DNA of 49,834 nt from Mayamaea pseudoterrestris (lineage: Eukaryota), in contig BROI01000014.1 of NCBI GenBank assembly GCA_027923505.1, positions 868,001-917,834 on the forward strand. The letters run 5' to 3'. Made by a program: the position numbers and the translations under genes. The notes beneath the pieces are model-generated. The model worked only from the letters and a program-made list of their open reading frames with translations, had not been told where the DNA came from and did no database searches. Positions 47,933-49,834 of this stretch are shown in pieces; within the stretch, counting starts at the first letter, position 1, and each line of letters opens with the position of its first letter.

Positions 47933-49834
<1,902 letters not shown>

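Overview
Eukaryotic nuclear DNA, most likely a diatom. This is inferred from compact genes with 70-140 nt GT-AG introns, signal-peptide-led organelle proteins and CoDi-like copia elements. Two gene-dense, CpG-rich arms flank a roughly 22 kb CpG-depleted repeat island (about 15.5-37.8 kb). The left arm holds an Ero1 C-terminus, a Kelch-BTB protein, a signal-peptide/WW protein, a J-domain protein, TruB, tRNA-Lys, a TTC38-like protein, a frameshifted Myb-repeat pseudogene and tRNA-Gln(UUG). The right arm holds a Cas1p/CASD1-type O-acetyltransferase, tRNA-Gln(CUG), an MpaB/Lcp-type oxygenase, a fucosyltransferase-like protein and a P3A H+-ATPase. The island starts right beside the tRNA-Gln(UUG) gene. 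In order, it contains two decayed Ty1/copia elements, a chimeric higher-order repeat (13-bp minisatellite plus a copia RNase H fragment), a ~12.7 kb array of ~73 copies of a 174-bp satellite, and a ~343-bp satellite with ABABA dimer structure. The most interesting hypothesis is a satellite-based regional centromere or heterochromatin domain, unlike the repeat-free AT-rich centromeres mapped in Phaeodactylum. Sequence alone cannot confirm this.
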